Source: a bacterium
Lineage (GTDB): Bacteria > Krumholzibacteriota > Krumholzibacteriia > JACNKJ01
Reading direction: 5' to 3'
NCBI GenBank assembly: GCA_024231955.1
Contig: JAAEPZ010000538.1
Span: 766,551 to 830,550 of the forward strand
DNA: 64,000 bases
This document shows positions 32,214 to 41,725 of the stretch, piece by piece (positions within the stretch are counted from its first letter, which is position 1; every line of letters starts with the position of its first letter). A program made the position numbers and the translations under genes. Below the pieces are notes generated by a model. That model searched no databases and had not been told where the DNA came from. It saw only the letters and a list, made by a program, of their open reading frames with translations.

Positions 32214-34232
32214 TCAGTTGCCGCCCAGCAGCAGCACGAGTTTGTCCACCGAAACATGGTTGGAGAGAATGAGCATCTCCGACGGTTCCAGGTTGCCGAT
32301 CTCGACCACGTCGGCCGTCCAGCCATCCTGCTCCACGGATCGCACCGGCAGCCGGGTGCCGACCGCATAGGGGCCGGTGTAGTCCCCAGCGCAACCAGCC
32401 TGCATCGTGTTGACGATCACCGTCATCTTGCTCCCGGCAGGGGTCAGGCTCCGGTCGACGAGTATCCGTCCGCCCCGCTGCTCCCGTCCGTGGCTGTTCA
32501 GAATGCAGAGCGATTCCTCATCATCAAGGATCCGTGACCAGGCGATCAACTCGCCGGGGCCCTGCCGTTGCAGGTGATCGCCGAATACGGCCAGCGGCCG
32601 CAGATACTGTCGCCCCTTGCGCAGGACGGGGAACAGCACCCGGATGCGATTCAGCTCCGCGATACGGCGAAAGGCCGGGTGCTCCACATCGAAGCAGTGA
32701 TGTCCGACCGTGCCGGACGGCCCGAAGCCTGGCAGTTCGCCGTCCAGGTTGCCCGGCTCGTTGCCGGCCACACCTGTGGCGCGAGGATGCTCCGGACCGA
32801 ACATCGCCTCACGCAGATAGCGATCGTGTTCCCGCCATGAGGGCAGACCCAGCTCCCCCGCCGGGCCGCCGGTCAACGCCTGCTCGGTGCCGTAGTACAG
32901 GCAGGGCACCCCCAGCGTGAACAGCTGCAACGCCACGCCGGCCACGATCTGGTGGTCGCTGGCCGCGCCATGCGAGAAGCGGATCTTGCCCCCGCACACA
33001 TGATCGTGATCATCCAGGCAGGTGACGAACCGTTTGCCCAATGTACTTTTGGTGCCGAGGATGTCGCTGTGGTTCTCGAAGAACGAGAAGAGATCGGAGG
33101 GCGCCTGTAATCCCTTGGCCACATGATTCAATGTGAGGCGCGACTCGCCGATCCGCAGCGTGGCGTTGAGGTTGCGACCCAGCGCGTCGAGGTAGGCGTC
33201 GGCATTGGCGTCGGCGCCCGCGACCTCGCCGACGAGGAAGAAGTCATCCTTGCCCAGGTTGGCGGCGTACTCCTTGATCGCACCGCAGAAATTGCGACCC
33301 TCCTCCTTGGAGACATGCTTGAGCGTGTCGATGCGGAAACCGTCGCAGTCGGTCAGGGCGATCCAGTACTTGTAGCAGCGCGCCAACCAGGAGAGCGTCT
33401 CCGGTTCACGCAGCTGGAAATCGCGCATGTCCTCGAAATCCGTGCGACGATACTCGGACGCGGGATCATCGAGGTTCTCCGGTGTGTCGCCGCCGAGATT
33501 GCCCGACCCTGCGCGGGTATACCGATTCGGTGACTGAAACTCTTTCGGCCAGACACCATCCTCCGCTTGTGTGATCTTCTCCGTCGCCCGGCCCCGCCGA
33601 TCCCGCCAGCGGATACGGCTGTAGCTGTCCATTGTGTAGCGGGCGATCAGTTCACCGCTGTTATTGTCGTCGCGGGCCGGTGTCCCCGGGGGGTACAACC
33701 AGTTCGCCCCCGAGTGGTTGAAGATGATGTCGAGGATGACCCGGATGCCCCGCCAGTGCGCCTCGGCCACCAATTCGACCAGATCGGCGCGCGTGCCGAA
33801 GCGGGGATCGACATCCAGAAAGTCCTGAATGCCGTAGCCATGGTAGGTATCGAGATGGCCGCGCTGCTTGAACACGGGCCCCAGCCAGATGGTTGTGATC
33901 CCCAGTTTCTTGAGATAGAACAGCCTGGAGGTGGCGCCGCGAATCGTCCCGCCCTGCCAGCGGTCGCTGCCCGACTTGGCCCAGTTCTCCCAGTTCAGGC
34001 CTGCGGGCCGCGCTTCGTCGATCCTGTTGCGGTCGAGCAGGGGGCGATCGTTCCGCTCATCGCTGAACCGATCGGGCAGCAGGAAGTAGAGCACCTCATC
34101 GCGCCAGTCGGTGGGGGAGGGATGATACTCCTCGTGCCGTGGCAGTGGAATCTTGGCGACCTCAAGCGGCCTCTCGCGCGCCAACATCATTGCTGCGAAC
34201 CCGCTCATCAATGTATCCTTTTCCGTTTCCAT
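32214..34232 (-). CDS. GH13 alpha-amylase-family glycoside hydrolase, cytoplasmic (no signal peptide).
   Basis: GH13 regions YFLLPDRF, DIIFNHSG (region I), GFRIDTLKHV (region II). The antisense ORF 33567..34373 is rejected. Confidence 0.8.
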   Translation of the reverse strand: METEKDTLMSGFAAMMLARERPLEVAKIPLPRHEEYHPSPTDWRDEVLYFLLPDRFSDERNDRPLLDRNRIDEARPAGLNWENWAKSGSDRWQGGTIRGATSRLFYLKKLGITTIWLGPVFKQRGHLDTYHGYGIQDFLDVDPRFGTRADLVELVAEAHWRGIRVILDIIFNHSGANWLYPPGTPARDDNNSGELIARYTMDSYSRIRWRDRRGRATEKITQAEDGVWPKEFQSPNRYTRAGSGNLGGDTPENLDDPASEYRRTDFEDMRDFQLREPETLSWLARCYKYWIALTDCDGFRIDTLKHVSKEEGRNFCGAIKEYAANLGKDDFFLVGEVAGADANADAYLDALGRNLNATLRIGESRLTLNHVAKGLQAPSDLFSFFENHSDILGTKSTLGKRFVTCLDDHDHVCGGKIRFSHGAASDHQIVAGVALQLFTLGVPCLYYGTEQALTGGPAGELGLPSWREHDRYLREAMFGPEHPRATGVAGNEPGNLDGELPGFGPSGTVGHHCFDVEHPAFRRIAELNRIRVLFPVLRKGRQYLRPLAVFGDHLQRQGPGELIAWSRILDDEESLCILNSHGREQRGGRILVDRSLTPAGSKMTVIVNTMQAGCAGDYTGPYAVGTRLPVRSVEQDGWTADVVEIGNLEPSEMLILSNHVSVDKLVLLLGGN

Positions 34233-34513
34233 CCATGGGCTTCGACTTCGCGCCGAATGGGAGTCGGCGCGTTTGGAAACAGAGCATCACACAACGATCC
34301 CGGATGCTGCTGCTGCACAGATCTTCGAAGAGGATTGAAAATCCGTCAATCAGCAATTGTTACAAACATGTGATGAAATCTGATCCGTTAACCGGATCTA
34401 TCGAATTGCGGCGGCAAGTGGCAGGAAAATCAGTCGGAATTGCAGATTCCGCAGTCATGAATGGTGACGATCCTCTACAAGCCCGTGATCGGATCCTTCC
34501 ATAATAAAGAGAG

Positions 34514-34540
34514 GGGGCTCCCGACAATCTCGGGAGCCCC
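34514..34540 (-). terminator. Intrinsic terminator for the giant CTD protein gene (minus strand).
   Basis: Perfect 11-bp stem GGGGCTCCCGA/TCGGGAGCCCC with a 5-nt loop. On the minus strand it is followed by CTCTCTTTATTAT. Confidence 0.55.
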
Positions 34541-34572
34541 GCTTCCGCATGCATACCGGGTTTGATTGTCGA

Positions 34573-37500
34573 TCACCGCAACATGACAAGTCGCTGCTGT
34601 TTGGTGTACCCCTGCGCCTCCATCCGCAGAAGGTAGATTCCGCTGGATTGGTCGTGCCCTCTGTCGTCTCTGCCCCGCCAGACGAGTTCATGGTGTCCCT
34701 GCTCGAAGCGGGTATCGGCCAGACGGATCACCCGGCGGCCCGATAGATCGAAGATACTCATCCGCACCTGGCCCGACTCGGCCAGCGTGAAAGCGATAGT
34801 CACCCGAGGGTTGAACGGGTTGGGATAGGGCGTCAGCAGGCAGGTGGCGATCGGATGCTCGGGCGCGAGCACACTAAGTTCCCCCAACGGGAACCACGCC
34901 TCTTCGCCATCGCGGCCAAAGAGCGTGTAGCTGATCTCCTGACCCGCCCAATCGCCCGGGATTGTGTTGCGCGCCTCGTAACTGCCCTGTTCGATCTCCC
35001 GCCACGGCAACTCAAGCTGCGTATCGGCGTGAGTCGCCTCCAGACGGAATCCGGGGGCCTCGGCAGGCGTCCCCAGCGACCAGTGAAGTATCACGACCCC
35101 CTCTTCGGTCTCGGCCGAAAAATCGGCGAGCAGGACGGGCGTGTCGTCGCAGCCTTGACCGAAGGCGCCCATCTGCACCATACAGATGTTGTTGGCAGGC
35201 AGGCAGGGGGAGCGCGCGTTCAGGGTCATGTTGCCCTCGCTGAGGTCGCAGAGGAGAGGGTTGGCGGAGATGTTGCCGTCCGAGCCGGTCGGGTCCGAGA
35301 GGCTGCCCGTGTAGTTGCCTCCCAGGTTCATGAAGACATTGCTGCAGAAGATGGTGAAAATCTGCTCATCGACCGCTGCGGGGTTGCCCCAGATGCCCCC
35401 CTGGGCGTCGTTGAAGGCAACCAGGCAGGCATTCATGCTCACACAGGCGCCGTCGAAGGCGATGGCGTCGCCCGCCAGGCCGCTGGAATTGCCGACGAAT
35501 GTGCACTCTGACAGGGTGACGCTGGAGTAGAAGGTATACAGACCTCCACCCTTTATGCTGCTTGTGCAGTTCAGAAAACTGACTCGCGTCATGACACTCC
35601 CGCCCTGGCTCAGATATACGGCGCCGCCGCACCCATCCGCATAATGGATGGCCGGTACGTAGGAGGAGCAATCCTCGAACAGAACATCAGTGAAGTTGCC
35701 GTATCCATAAACCGCGCCCCCGACCCCTTGATAGTAGCTTTCAAACCCGTCGGTAGCGTGGTTATCCCTGAATACGCAGTTGTGCAGCTCCATGCCGCGG
35801 GCGAAGATCGCACCGCCTGCACCGGCGTGGTTGCCGCTGAAGGTGCAGTCCCTGATCGTCGGATTGGCACTGGCGGCGATGCTGATCGCTCCGCCGGCTA
35901 TGGCGCTGTTGTTCGCAAAGAGGCAATCGGAGATGAGCGGCGCGCCGTCCCCCCTGACAAGGATCGCACCCCCCGTCGCAAAGGATCCTCCGCAGGAATC
36001 GAAGATCATGTCCTTCACGACGACGTGCTCAGCATCGATGCACAGCGCGGATTCGGCTCGCACGCCTGCCGCACATCTGATGGTGAAGCCGGAGATCTCC
36101 GCGTAGTCGTCTCCACCCATGTTGAACCAGACGGCTCTGCCGAAGCAGTCGCCCCAGGGAGAGTATTCGATAATCGTGGAATCGGGACCCGCAAGGGCAT
36201 GCAGGACGATGCCTCTCCCCCCGAACTCGATGTGATTCTCCCCGATCACCTCATAGGTGCCGGGGCGGACAAGAACGGAGTCGCCGGTGTTGCCGACGGC
36301 CATCGCCTCCTGGATCGTCGGATAGTCATCGGGGACGATGTAGACGGCATAGCCGGCGAGATAGTCCTGGTTGGGCTGATCCGCTGACACATCGCTATAG
36401 ACGATCTCGGGGGGCGAGAAGGTGAAGTCGTCGTGCCGGGGTGTGATGACGCCGCTCCAGTCAACCGGGACATGGAAACCGTAGAACCCCTCCTCATCGC
36501 TGACGTTCGTCATCGCGGCGCCATGGAGCATGACGAAGGCCAGACCCTGGTTGTCCGGGTCGGTTATCCGTCCCGAGATCTCGATCAACGATTCGGCGCA
36601 ACCCTGGCCGTATCTGCCGATCAACCGGGCGCAGGGATTATGCGCAGCCAGGCAGGGGGAGGCGGCGTTCAGCGAGTAGTCGCCGGCCGCCGGATCGCAG
36701 AACAGGGGTTCGACCGCAATGTTGCAGTCGTCGCCTGTCGGATCGTCAAAACCGATATAGGAGCCTCCGCTGTTGCCGAATGAGTTGCAGTTGCTCAGCC
36801 GGATATCTCCGGATGAATCGGTGACGATACCGCCGCCATTGCCGGCGTAGGCCAGGATCGTATCCTCCAGATGCAGGGTTCCCGTTCCGTTATGAAAAAT
36901 GTGCCCGCCCGTGAGATCCTGCAATGTCTCCACCGCATTGTCGACGAATGTGCAGTTCGAGATGCTGGGTGAACAGGTGTTGTCGATGTACATAGCCCCA
37001 CCGTATCCCGATATCTCATAGTATTGATTGAGTTGCGCGAGATTGCCGGTGAACAGGCAATGCTCGAATACGGGGGTTGATTCTCCGCCGCAGTAGACGG
37101 CGCCGCCGTAGCCCTGCATCTGTCCGCCCGATTGAGAGTGGAAAGGCTTGGCGAGATTGTCGCGGAAGGTCACATTGCTGAACACGGGTGCGCCGCCCAG
37201 TATCTGCGTGGCACCTCCTCTTCCTCTACCATTTTCGATGAATAGCGTATTGCGGATCTCCGGAGTGCCGGCCTCGATCCGGAGCGAGGAGTTGGGGTGG
37301 GAGTTGTTCATGAACACACAGTTTTCGATCAGGGGCGAACTGTTCTCAAGTATGTTGAGTACGCCCCCGATGTGATAGCTATCGTCAAAATCCATGTCCC
37401 TGAATATGCAATCACGCAATGTGGCGGAGGAGTTGTCGAAGGTGACGCCGGAATTGCTGCTGCCCGTGATCGTGAACCCCTCAATCAGGAGCGCACGTGA

Positions 37501-40038
37501 TTCGTTCCCGCGGATCATCAACCCGCTTTGATAAGCGTCCGTGTTGATGATCGTGGTCTGCGCCGACCCGCCGCTGCCGATCAGGACAACATCCTTGCCG
37601 AGGAAATCTATCACCCCCCCGGGATACCCGGCGAGCGAGTATTCTCCGGGCGCCACCAGAATAGTATCTCCCGCCACGGCGAAGTCCAGCGCAGTCTGGA
37701 TGTCGGGGAAGATGCTGGGTACGAGATGGGGTTGGGACAGGCGTGTAGCCGTGAAATCCTGATCGGGGATATCTCCGTTCAGATCCGTATAGGAGCGGCT
37801 CGCCGGGGTCATGTCGTAGCCGAACTTGACGGGGGTCGCCGTGTCCGACCAGCCCGTCTGTCTGACCATCCCGTAATATCCCGTCTCGTCGGTGCGGGTC
37901 TCATACAGGCCGCTGGTGTCGATCAGAACATCCGCCAACGGTTCGCCCATCGTATCGAGCACATGGCCGCTGATCAGGTAATCGCTGACCTCGTCGCAGC
38001 CTCGGCCGAACATGCCCATCCGTCGGCCGCATCCGTTGTTTTCCGGCAGACAGGGAGAATTCGCACCCAGTTGATAAACACCGGAGAGTTGGGCACAGAA
38101 ACGGGGATCAAGGGAGATGTTGCCGTTCCGACCTGTTTGATCGCCCAGATTCTCGCAGTAGTTGCCGCCAAGGTTGTCGAATACGTCGGAGCAGGATATG
38201 GTCAGGACGCTGCCGTAAGGTTGTTTGAGCGCCGGCATGCTGCCCATATTGAAAGCAATGATACTCTCGGTCAAAGTGAATTCCCCGCCGTGGAGTTTAA
38301 CCGCCGGGCTTTTATTCTCCACCAGAGTGAGGTCCGAGCAACTTACGGATGCGTACAACGCGAATATCCCTCCGCTGGTTAAGGCACTGTTCCCTCGGAT
38401 CAGCGAGTTGTGCAACTCCAAGTCGGCATCGAGTCCGACATACAGCGCACCAGCCTGCTCGGCGCTGCAACCGGTGATCTGGAGATCCGAAATCACCCCC
38501 CGGGCAGCGCCCGCAATGTAGATACCTCCGCCTTGGCTGGAAGCGTGACAACCTTGGATCCGGATATCCACCAACGTAAAATCCATAGCATCCAGGAAGA
38601 TGCCGGCGCCGTCATGGGGGACGCTGCCGTTGATGATGCTGATGCCCTGGATACGGATGGAGGGCATCTCGGCGGACGACTGGATATCGAAACCGCGGCC
38701 TGCGCCCTCGCAATCGATGACCGTGACATCGGAGCCGCCCTCACCGATCAGGCTTATGTCCCGGTTGCCGAGAACGATCTCCTTGTTCCCCTCGCCGGTG
38801 TAGAGACCCGGCGCTACAATCACGGTGTAGCCGTCGAGGCAGGCATCCACGGCAGCCTGGATCGTGGGGTAGTCGGCGGGTACGTGATGGGATTGAACCT
38901 CACCGATGCAACCCATGCCGAGATAACCCATCAGCTCATGACAGTCATTGTTTGCGGGTAGACACTCCGAGTTCACCCCCAATGACAGATCGCCCGCCTC
39001 AAGATCGCAGAACAGCGGATCGACTCCGATGTTGCACGCCACACCAACCTGGCTGGGGATGCCGCCCCCGAAATTGCCGTGCGTGTTTCCGAAGATATCG
39101 CTGCTGGAGATATCGAATACTATGAAATTGTAGGCGTGGATACCATGCTGGTCGCCATGGTTGAAAGCGATAATGCCGTTGCGGAATTCAACTTCGCTGT
39201 AGGATCCAGCGCAATAGATGCCGCCGTTGCCGTTGTCTACGATATCGACCTGCTCCATCTCGATATCGCGGGAGTTTATGACATAGATACCGCCGCCGTT
39301 GAGAGCCGATGTGTTGCTGCGGATCTCGCCCTTCTCGATCACTGTAGCGGTGTTGTCGCTCAGGTGGAGTCCGCCGCCGCTGCCGTCCGTGCTGCAGCCG
39401 CTGATTATGAAATTCGTCAATATGCCCGCCGAGGCGTTCATGCTGAAGAGCCCGCCACCGTTTACCCGGGCAAAGCAATCGGTGATCACGATCCGATTCA
39501 GATCGGTTGAGCCGGGGGTTTCCAGATAGATGCCGCCACCCATCTCTGTGGATTGACATTCACTGATCAACAGGTCCTCGATGACGAGATGGTCGGGCAG
39601 AATGGCGTATAGACCGCCGCCATCGCCCACGCTGCTGCAATTCTCAATGATCAGATCGGCAAGGGCAGGTTTTCCCTGCAGACAGAAAATGCCGCCGCCA
39701 GATCCCGGTACATCGCCGTTGCGGATGGTGAACCCCTGAATGCGGTAGGGGACGTTCTCGTTCATCAGAATATAGAAGCCGCGGCCTGCGCCTTCGCAAT
39801 CGATTATCGTGGCTGCGGCTCCCCCGACCCCGATAACGGCGATTTCAAGGAAACTGATCTCTATGTCGACGTTGCCGGGACCGCTGTAGACGCCCGGCGC
39901 AACCAGAACGGTGTCGCCTGCGGCGGCGGCGTCGACACCCGCCTGGATGGTTGGAGCATCCTCAGGTACGGATATTGTTATTGCGGTGGCGGTTGAAGCG
40001 AAACAGAGGAGCAGACAGATACAGGCGGAGATGCGCAT
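34573..40038 (-). CDS. Giant (about 1821 aa) secreted modular protein with four parallel-beta-helix modules and a C-terminal Por_Secre_tail domain.
   Basis: Signal peptide MRISACICLLLCFASTATA. Four repeats each begin P-[TD]-IQ-x-A-[VL]-D-x-A-x-x-GDT-[IV]-LVAPG-x-Y and end with a Cys-rich linker (FCDLEAGDLSLGVNSECLPANNDC and three paralogous copies). The C-terminus is YPNPFNPRVTIAF...GIYLLRMEA...RLVMLR. Confidence 0.8.
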   Translation of the reverse strand: MRISACICLLLCFASTATAITISVPEDAPTIQAGVDAAAAGDTVLVAPGVYSGPGNVDIEISFLEIAVIGVGGAAATIIDCEGAGRGFYILMNENVPYRIQGFTIRNGDVPGSGGGIFCLQGKPALADLIIENCSSVGDGGGLYAILPDHLVIEDLLISECQSTEMGGGIYLETPGSTDLNRIVITDCFARVNGGGLFSMNASAGILTNFIISGCSTDGSGGGLHLSDNTATVIEKGEIRSNTSALNGGGIYVINSRDIEMEQVDIVDNGNGGIYCAGSYSEVEFRNGIIAFNHGDQHGIHAYNFIVFDISSSDIFGNTHGNFGGGIPSQVGVACNIGVDPLFCDLEAGDLSLGVNSECLPANNDCHELMGYLGMGCIGEVQSHHVPADYPTIQAAVDACLDGYTVIVAPGLYTGEGNKEIVLGNRDISLIGEGGSDVTVIDCEGAGRGFDIQSSAEMPSIRIQGISIINGSVPHDGAGIFLDAMDFTLVDIRIQGCHASSQGGGIYIAGAARGVISDLQITGCSAEQAGALYVGLDADLELHNSLIRGNSALTSGGIFALYASVSCSDLTLVENKSPAVKLHGGEFTLTESIIAFNMGSMPALKQPYGSVLTISCSDVFDNLGGNYCENLGDQTGRNGNISLDPRFCAQLSGVYQLGANSPCLPENNGCGRRMGMFGRGCDEVSDYLISGHVLDTMGEPLADVLIDTSGLYETRTDETGYYGMVRQTGWSDTATPVKFGYDMTPASRSYTDLNGDIPDQDFTATRLSQPHLVPSIFPDIQTALDFAVAGDTILVAPGEYSLAGYPGGVIDFLGKDVVLIGSGGSAQTTIINTDAYQSGLMIRGNESRALLIEGFTITGSSNSGVTFDNSSATLRDCIFRDMDFDDSYHIGGVLNILENSSPLIENCVFMNNSHPNSSLRIEAGTPEIRNTLFIENGRGRGGATQILGGAPVFSNVTFRDNLAKPFHSQSGGQMQGYGGAVYCGGESTPVFEHCLFTGNLAQLNQYYEISGYGGAMYIDNTCSPSISNCTFVDNAVETLQDLTGGHIFHNGTGTLHLEDTILAYAGNGGGIVTDSSGDIRLSNCNSFGNSGGSYIGFDDPTGDDCNIAVEPLFCDPAAGDYSLNAASPCLAAHNPCARLIGRYGQGCAESLIEISGRITDPDNQGLAFVMLHGAAMTNVSDEEGFYGFHVPVDWSGVITPRHDDFTFSPPEIVYSDVSADQPNQDYLAGYAVYIVPDDYPTIQEAMAVGNTGDSVLVRPGTYEVIGENHIEFGGRGIVLHALAGPDSTIIEYSPWGDCFGRAVWFNMGGDDYAEISGFTIRCAAGVRAESALCIDAEHVVVKDMIFDSCGGSFATGGAILVRGDGAPLISDCLFANNSAIAGGAISIAASANPTIRDCTFSGNHAGAGGAIFARGMELHNCVFRDNHATDGFESYYQGVGGAVYGYGNFTDVLFEDCSSYVPAIHYADGCGGAVYLSQGGSVMTRVSFLNCTSSIKGGGLYTFYSSVTLSECTFVGNSSGLAGDAIAFDGACVSMNACLVAFNDAQGGIWGNPAAVDEQIFTIFCSNVFMNLGGNYTGSLSDPTGSDGNISANPLLCDLSEGNMTLNARSPCLPANNICMVQMGAFGQGCDDTPVLLADFSAETEEGVVILHWSLGTPAEAPGFRLEATHADTQLELPWREIEQGSYEARNTIPGDWAGQEISYTLFGRDGEEAWFPLGELSVLAPEHPIATCLLTPYPNPFNPRVTIAFTLAESGQVRMSIFDLSGRRVIRLADTRFEQGHHELVWRGRDDRGHDQSSGIYLLRMEAQGYTKQQRLVMLR

Positions 40039-40248
40039 TATTACCTCTAGACAAGCTGTCCTGCATAATCCTGTGCAGGTATCAGTCAACCCTGAATATT
40101 AGTTGAACGGACCAATAGCGATGCGACGTAATAGCCTCCTGTATGAAGTAATATTAACATGGCGGCATAGGACTGTCAACGCGCAGTGAACACCGAGGGG
40201 GGATGGCGGATCTCATATGGGATCGGTTGCGAACAGGATCGACGCGAA

Positions 40249-41700
40249 TCAATCCCCCACCCAGGCCATATCCCTGTCGATGGGGTAGACGGGACGGCGC
40301 AGCCGCGTAAATGGCATCTCCTCGATCCGGCAGTCGGTGGCTCCGGGCGTGAGCGCCAGGATCGAACGGGGGCAGATGGCCTGGAGCGCGGCGGTCAGAT
40401 AGCCCCGTTTGATCGCCACCAGGCGATAACTTAGCGGGTCGAGGCCCAGTCGCTCATATTGTATCGGCTCGAGGAAATTGAGACGTCCCGTCGACAGGAT
40501 GATATCCACGCCCCGGCAGCGGACCAGCGCGACAGGTCCCTCGAGCTCGCGCCCATCGTACGATTCACGTTGATCGAAGAGCGCCAATACCTCGCAGTTC
40601 ACGGAGATCGACTCGCCGTGCCGTCTCTCGATCTTGCCGCCGATGCTCAAAGCCACATCGGCTCCGATTCCCGCCTCCCTGCAGGCGGCAACGGCGGCTT
40701 CGTCCCGGATCGAGGAGAACAATGCGCCCTGAACATCCCGCATCAGCAGGGCCGCGAGCAGCGCGGTGACATCCGTTGTGCCCCCGGCGCCGGGGTTGTC
40801 GCCCGTATCGGAGAGAAAGACGGTGCTCTCAGACGCAACCAGCGCCAGGGTCACCGCCTCCTCGATGGGCACCGCCTCCGCGTTGGCGGCGAAGTCGGCG
40901 CGCCTGCTCCAAAACAGTTCGGCGAGTTCGGCGGCACCGGCGTGGGCCAACTGCAGGTCATTGTCGGTGACCACAACCGCAGCCACGCCGAGATCGGGGA
41001 TGTCCGCCCAGCAGTGGCCATTGGCGACGGCCGCCGCCAGGATACCCGGTTGGGCCTCGAGTTGCGCAACCCGGTTCATTACGTCGAGCATGGGGGGGAG
41101 ATCGGTTTGCGCCATCTCACCCGGCAACAGAAAGGGGATGCGCGCCAGACCGATGCGGGGACGCACACCGTGGCGCAATATGCCGAGGAGCAGTCGGGCG
41201 GCACGTACGCCGGTGTCGTAGGTGTCGATGTGCGGCGCGGTGTGGTAAACCGTCAGAGCGTCCACCTGCGCCACGAGGTCTGCGGTGATATTGGCGTGCA
41301 TGTCCAGGGAGATGACCACGGGGATGTCGGGACCGACGATTCGCCGCAGCTCCGCGAGTATCGCCGCCTCGCAGTAATCGATCCCCTCCGTGCGCATGGC
41401 GCCGTGGAGGTGCAGGCAGACGCCATCGATATCGACGGCGGCTGCGAGCAGCCTTTTACTGAACTCCTCGAATGACGCCCGCTCAACCACTCCGCCGGGC
41501 ATGGCGCTGGCGATGAGCGATGGCTTGAGTTCGACACCCTCGGATACGAGAGTGTCGATAATGCCGCCGATCGCCGCCTGCAGGAGGGGACCCTCCTGCA
41601 GCATCTCATCACCGAACCGGAGGTGGAAATCACTGCGTTGCGTCAGATGTGGGGTGAACGTGTTGGACTCGTGTCCGATGTGACCGACGAGAACCTTCAC
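40249..41700 (-). CDS. M81-family metallopeptidase (MlrC/microcystinase-C-like).
   Basis: DUF1485-like N-terminus (KVLVGHIGHESNTF), then an MlrC C-terminal-like region. The exact start is uncertain; the ORF overlaps the upstream gene. Confidence 0.6.
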   Translation of the reverse strand: MKVLVGHIGHESNTFTPHLTQRSDFHLRFGDEMLQEGPLLQAAIGGIIDTLVSEGVELKPSLIASAMPGGVVERASFEEFSKRLLAAAVDIDGVCLHLHGAMRTEGIDYCEAAILAELRRIVGPDIPVVISLDMHANITADLVAQVDALTVYHTAPHIDTYDTGVRAARLLLGILRHGVRPRIGLARIPFLLPGEMAQTDLPPMLDVMNRVAQLEAQPGILAAAVANGHCWADIPDLGVAAVVVTDNDLQLAHAGAAELAELFWSRRADFAANAEAVPIEEAVTLALVASESTVFLSDTGDNPGAGGTTDVTALLAALLMRDVQGALFSSIRDEAAVAACREAGIGADVALSIGGKIERRHGESISVNCEVLALFDQRESYDGRELEGPVALVRCRGVDIILSTGRLNFLEPIQYERLGLDPLSYRLVAIKRGYLTAALQAICPRSILALTPGATDCRIEEMPFTRLRRPVYPIDRDMAWVGD

Positions 41701-41725
41701 GGATGCCTCTCCCCGCTTCAGGCGA

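Noticed and set aside
33567-34373. 268-aa plus-strand ORF.
   Set aside because: Antisense to the GH13 gene, which carries regions I and II.
40031-40038. Palindrome ATGCGCAT at the giant gene start, as a possible regulatory site.
   Set aside because: The 8-bp palindrome is too short to be significant. Its coincidence with the start codon is most likely chance.
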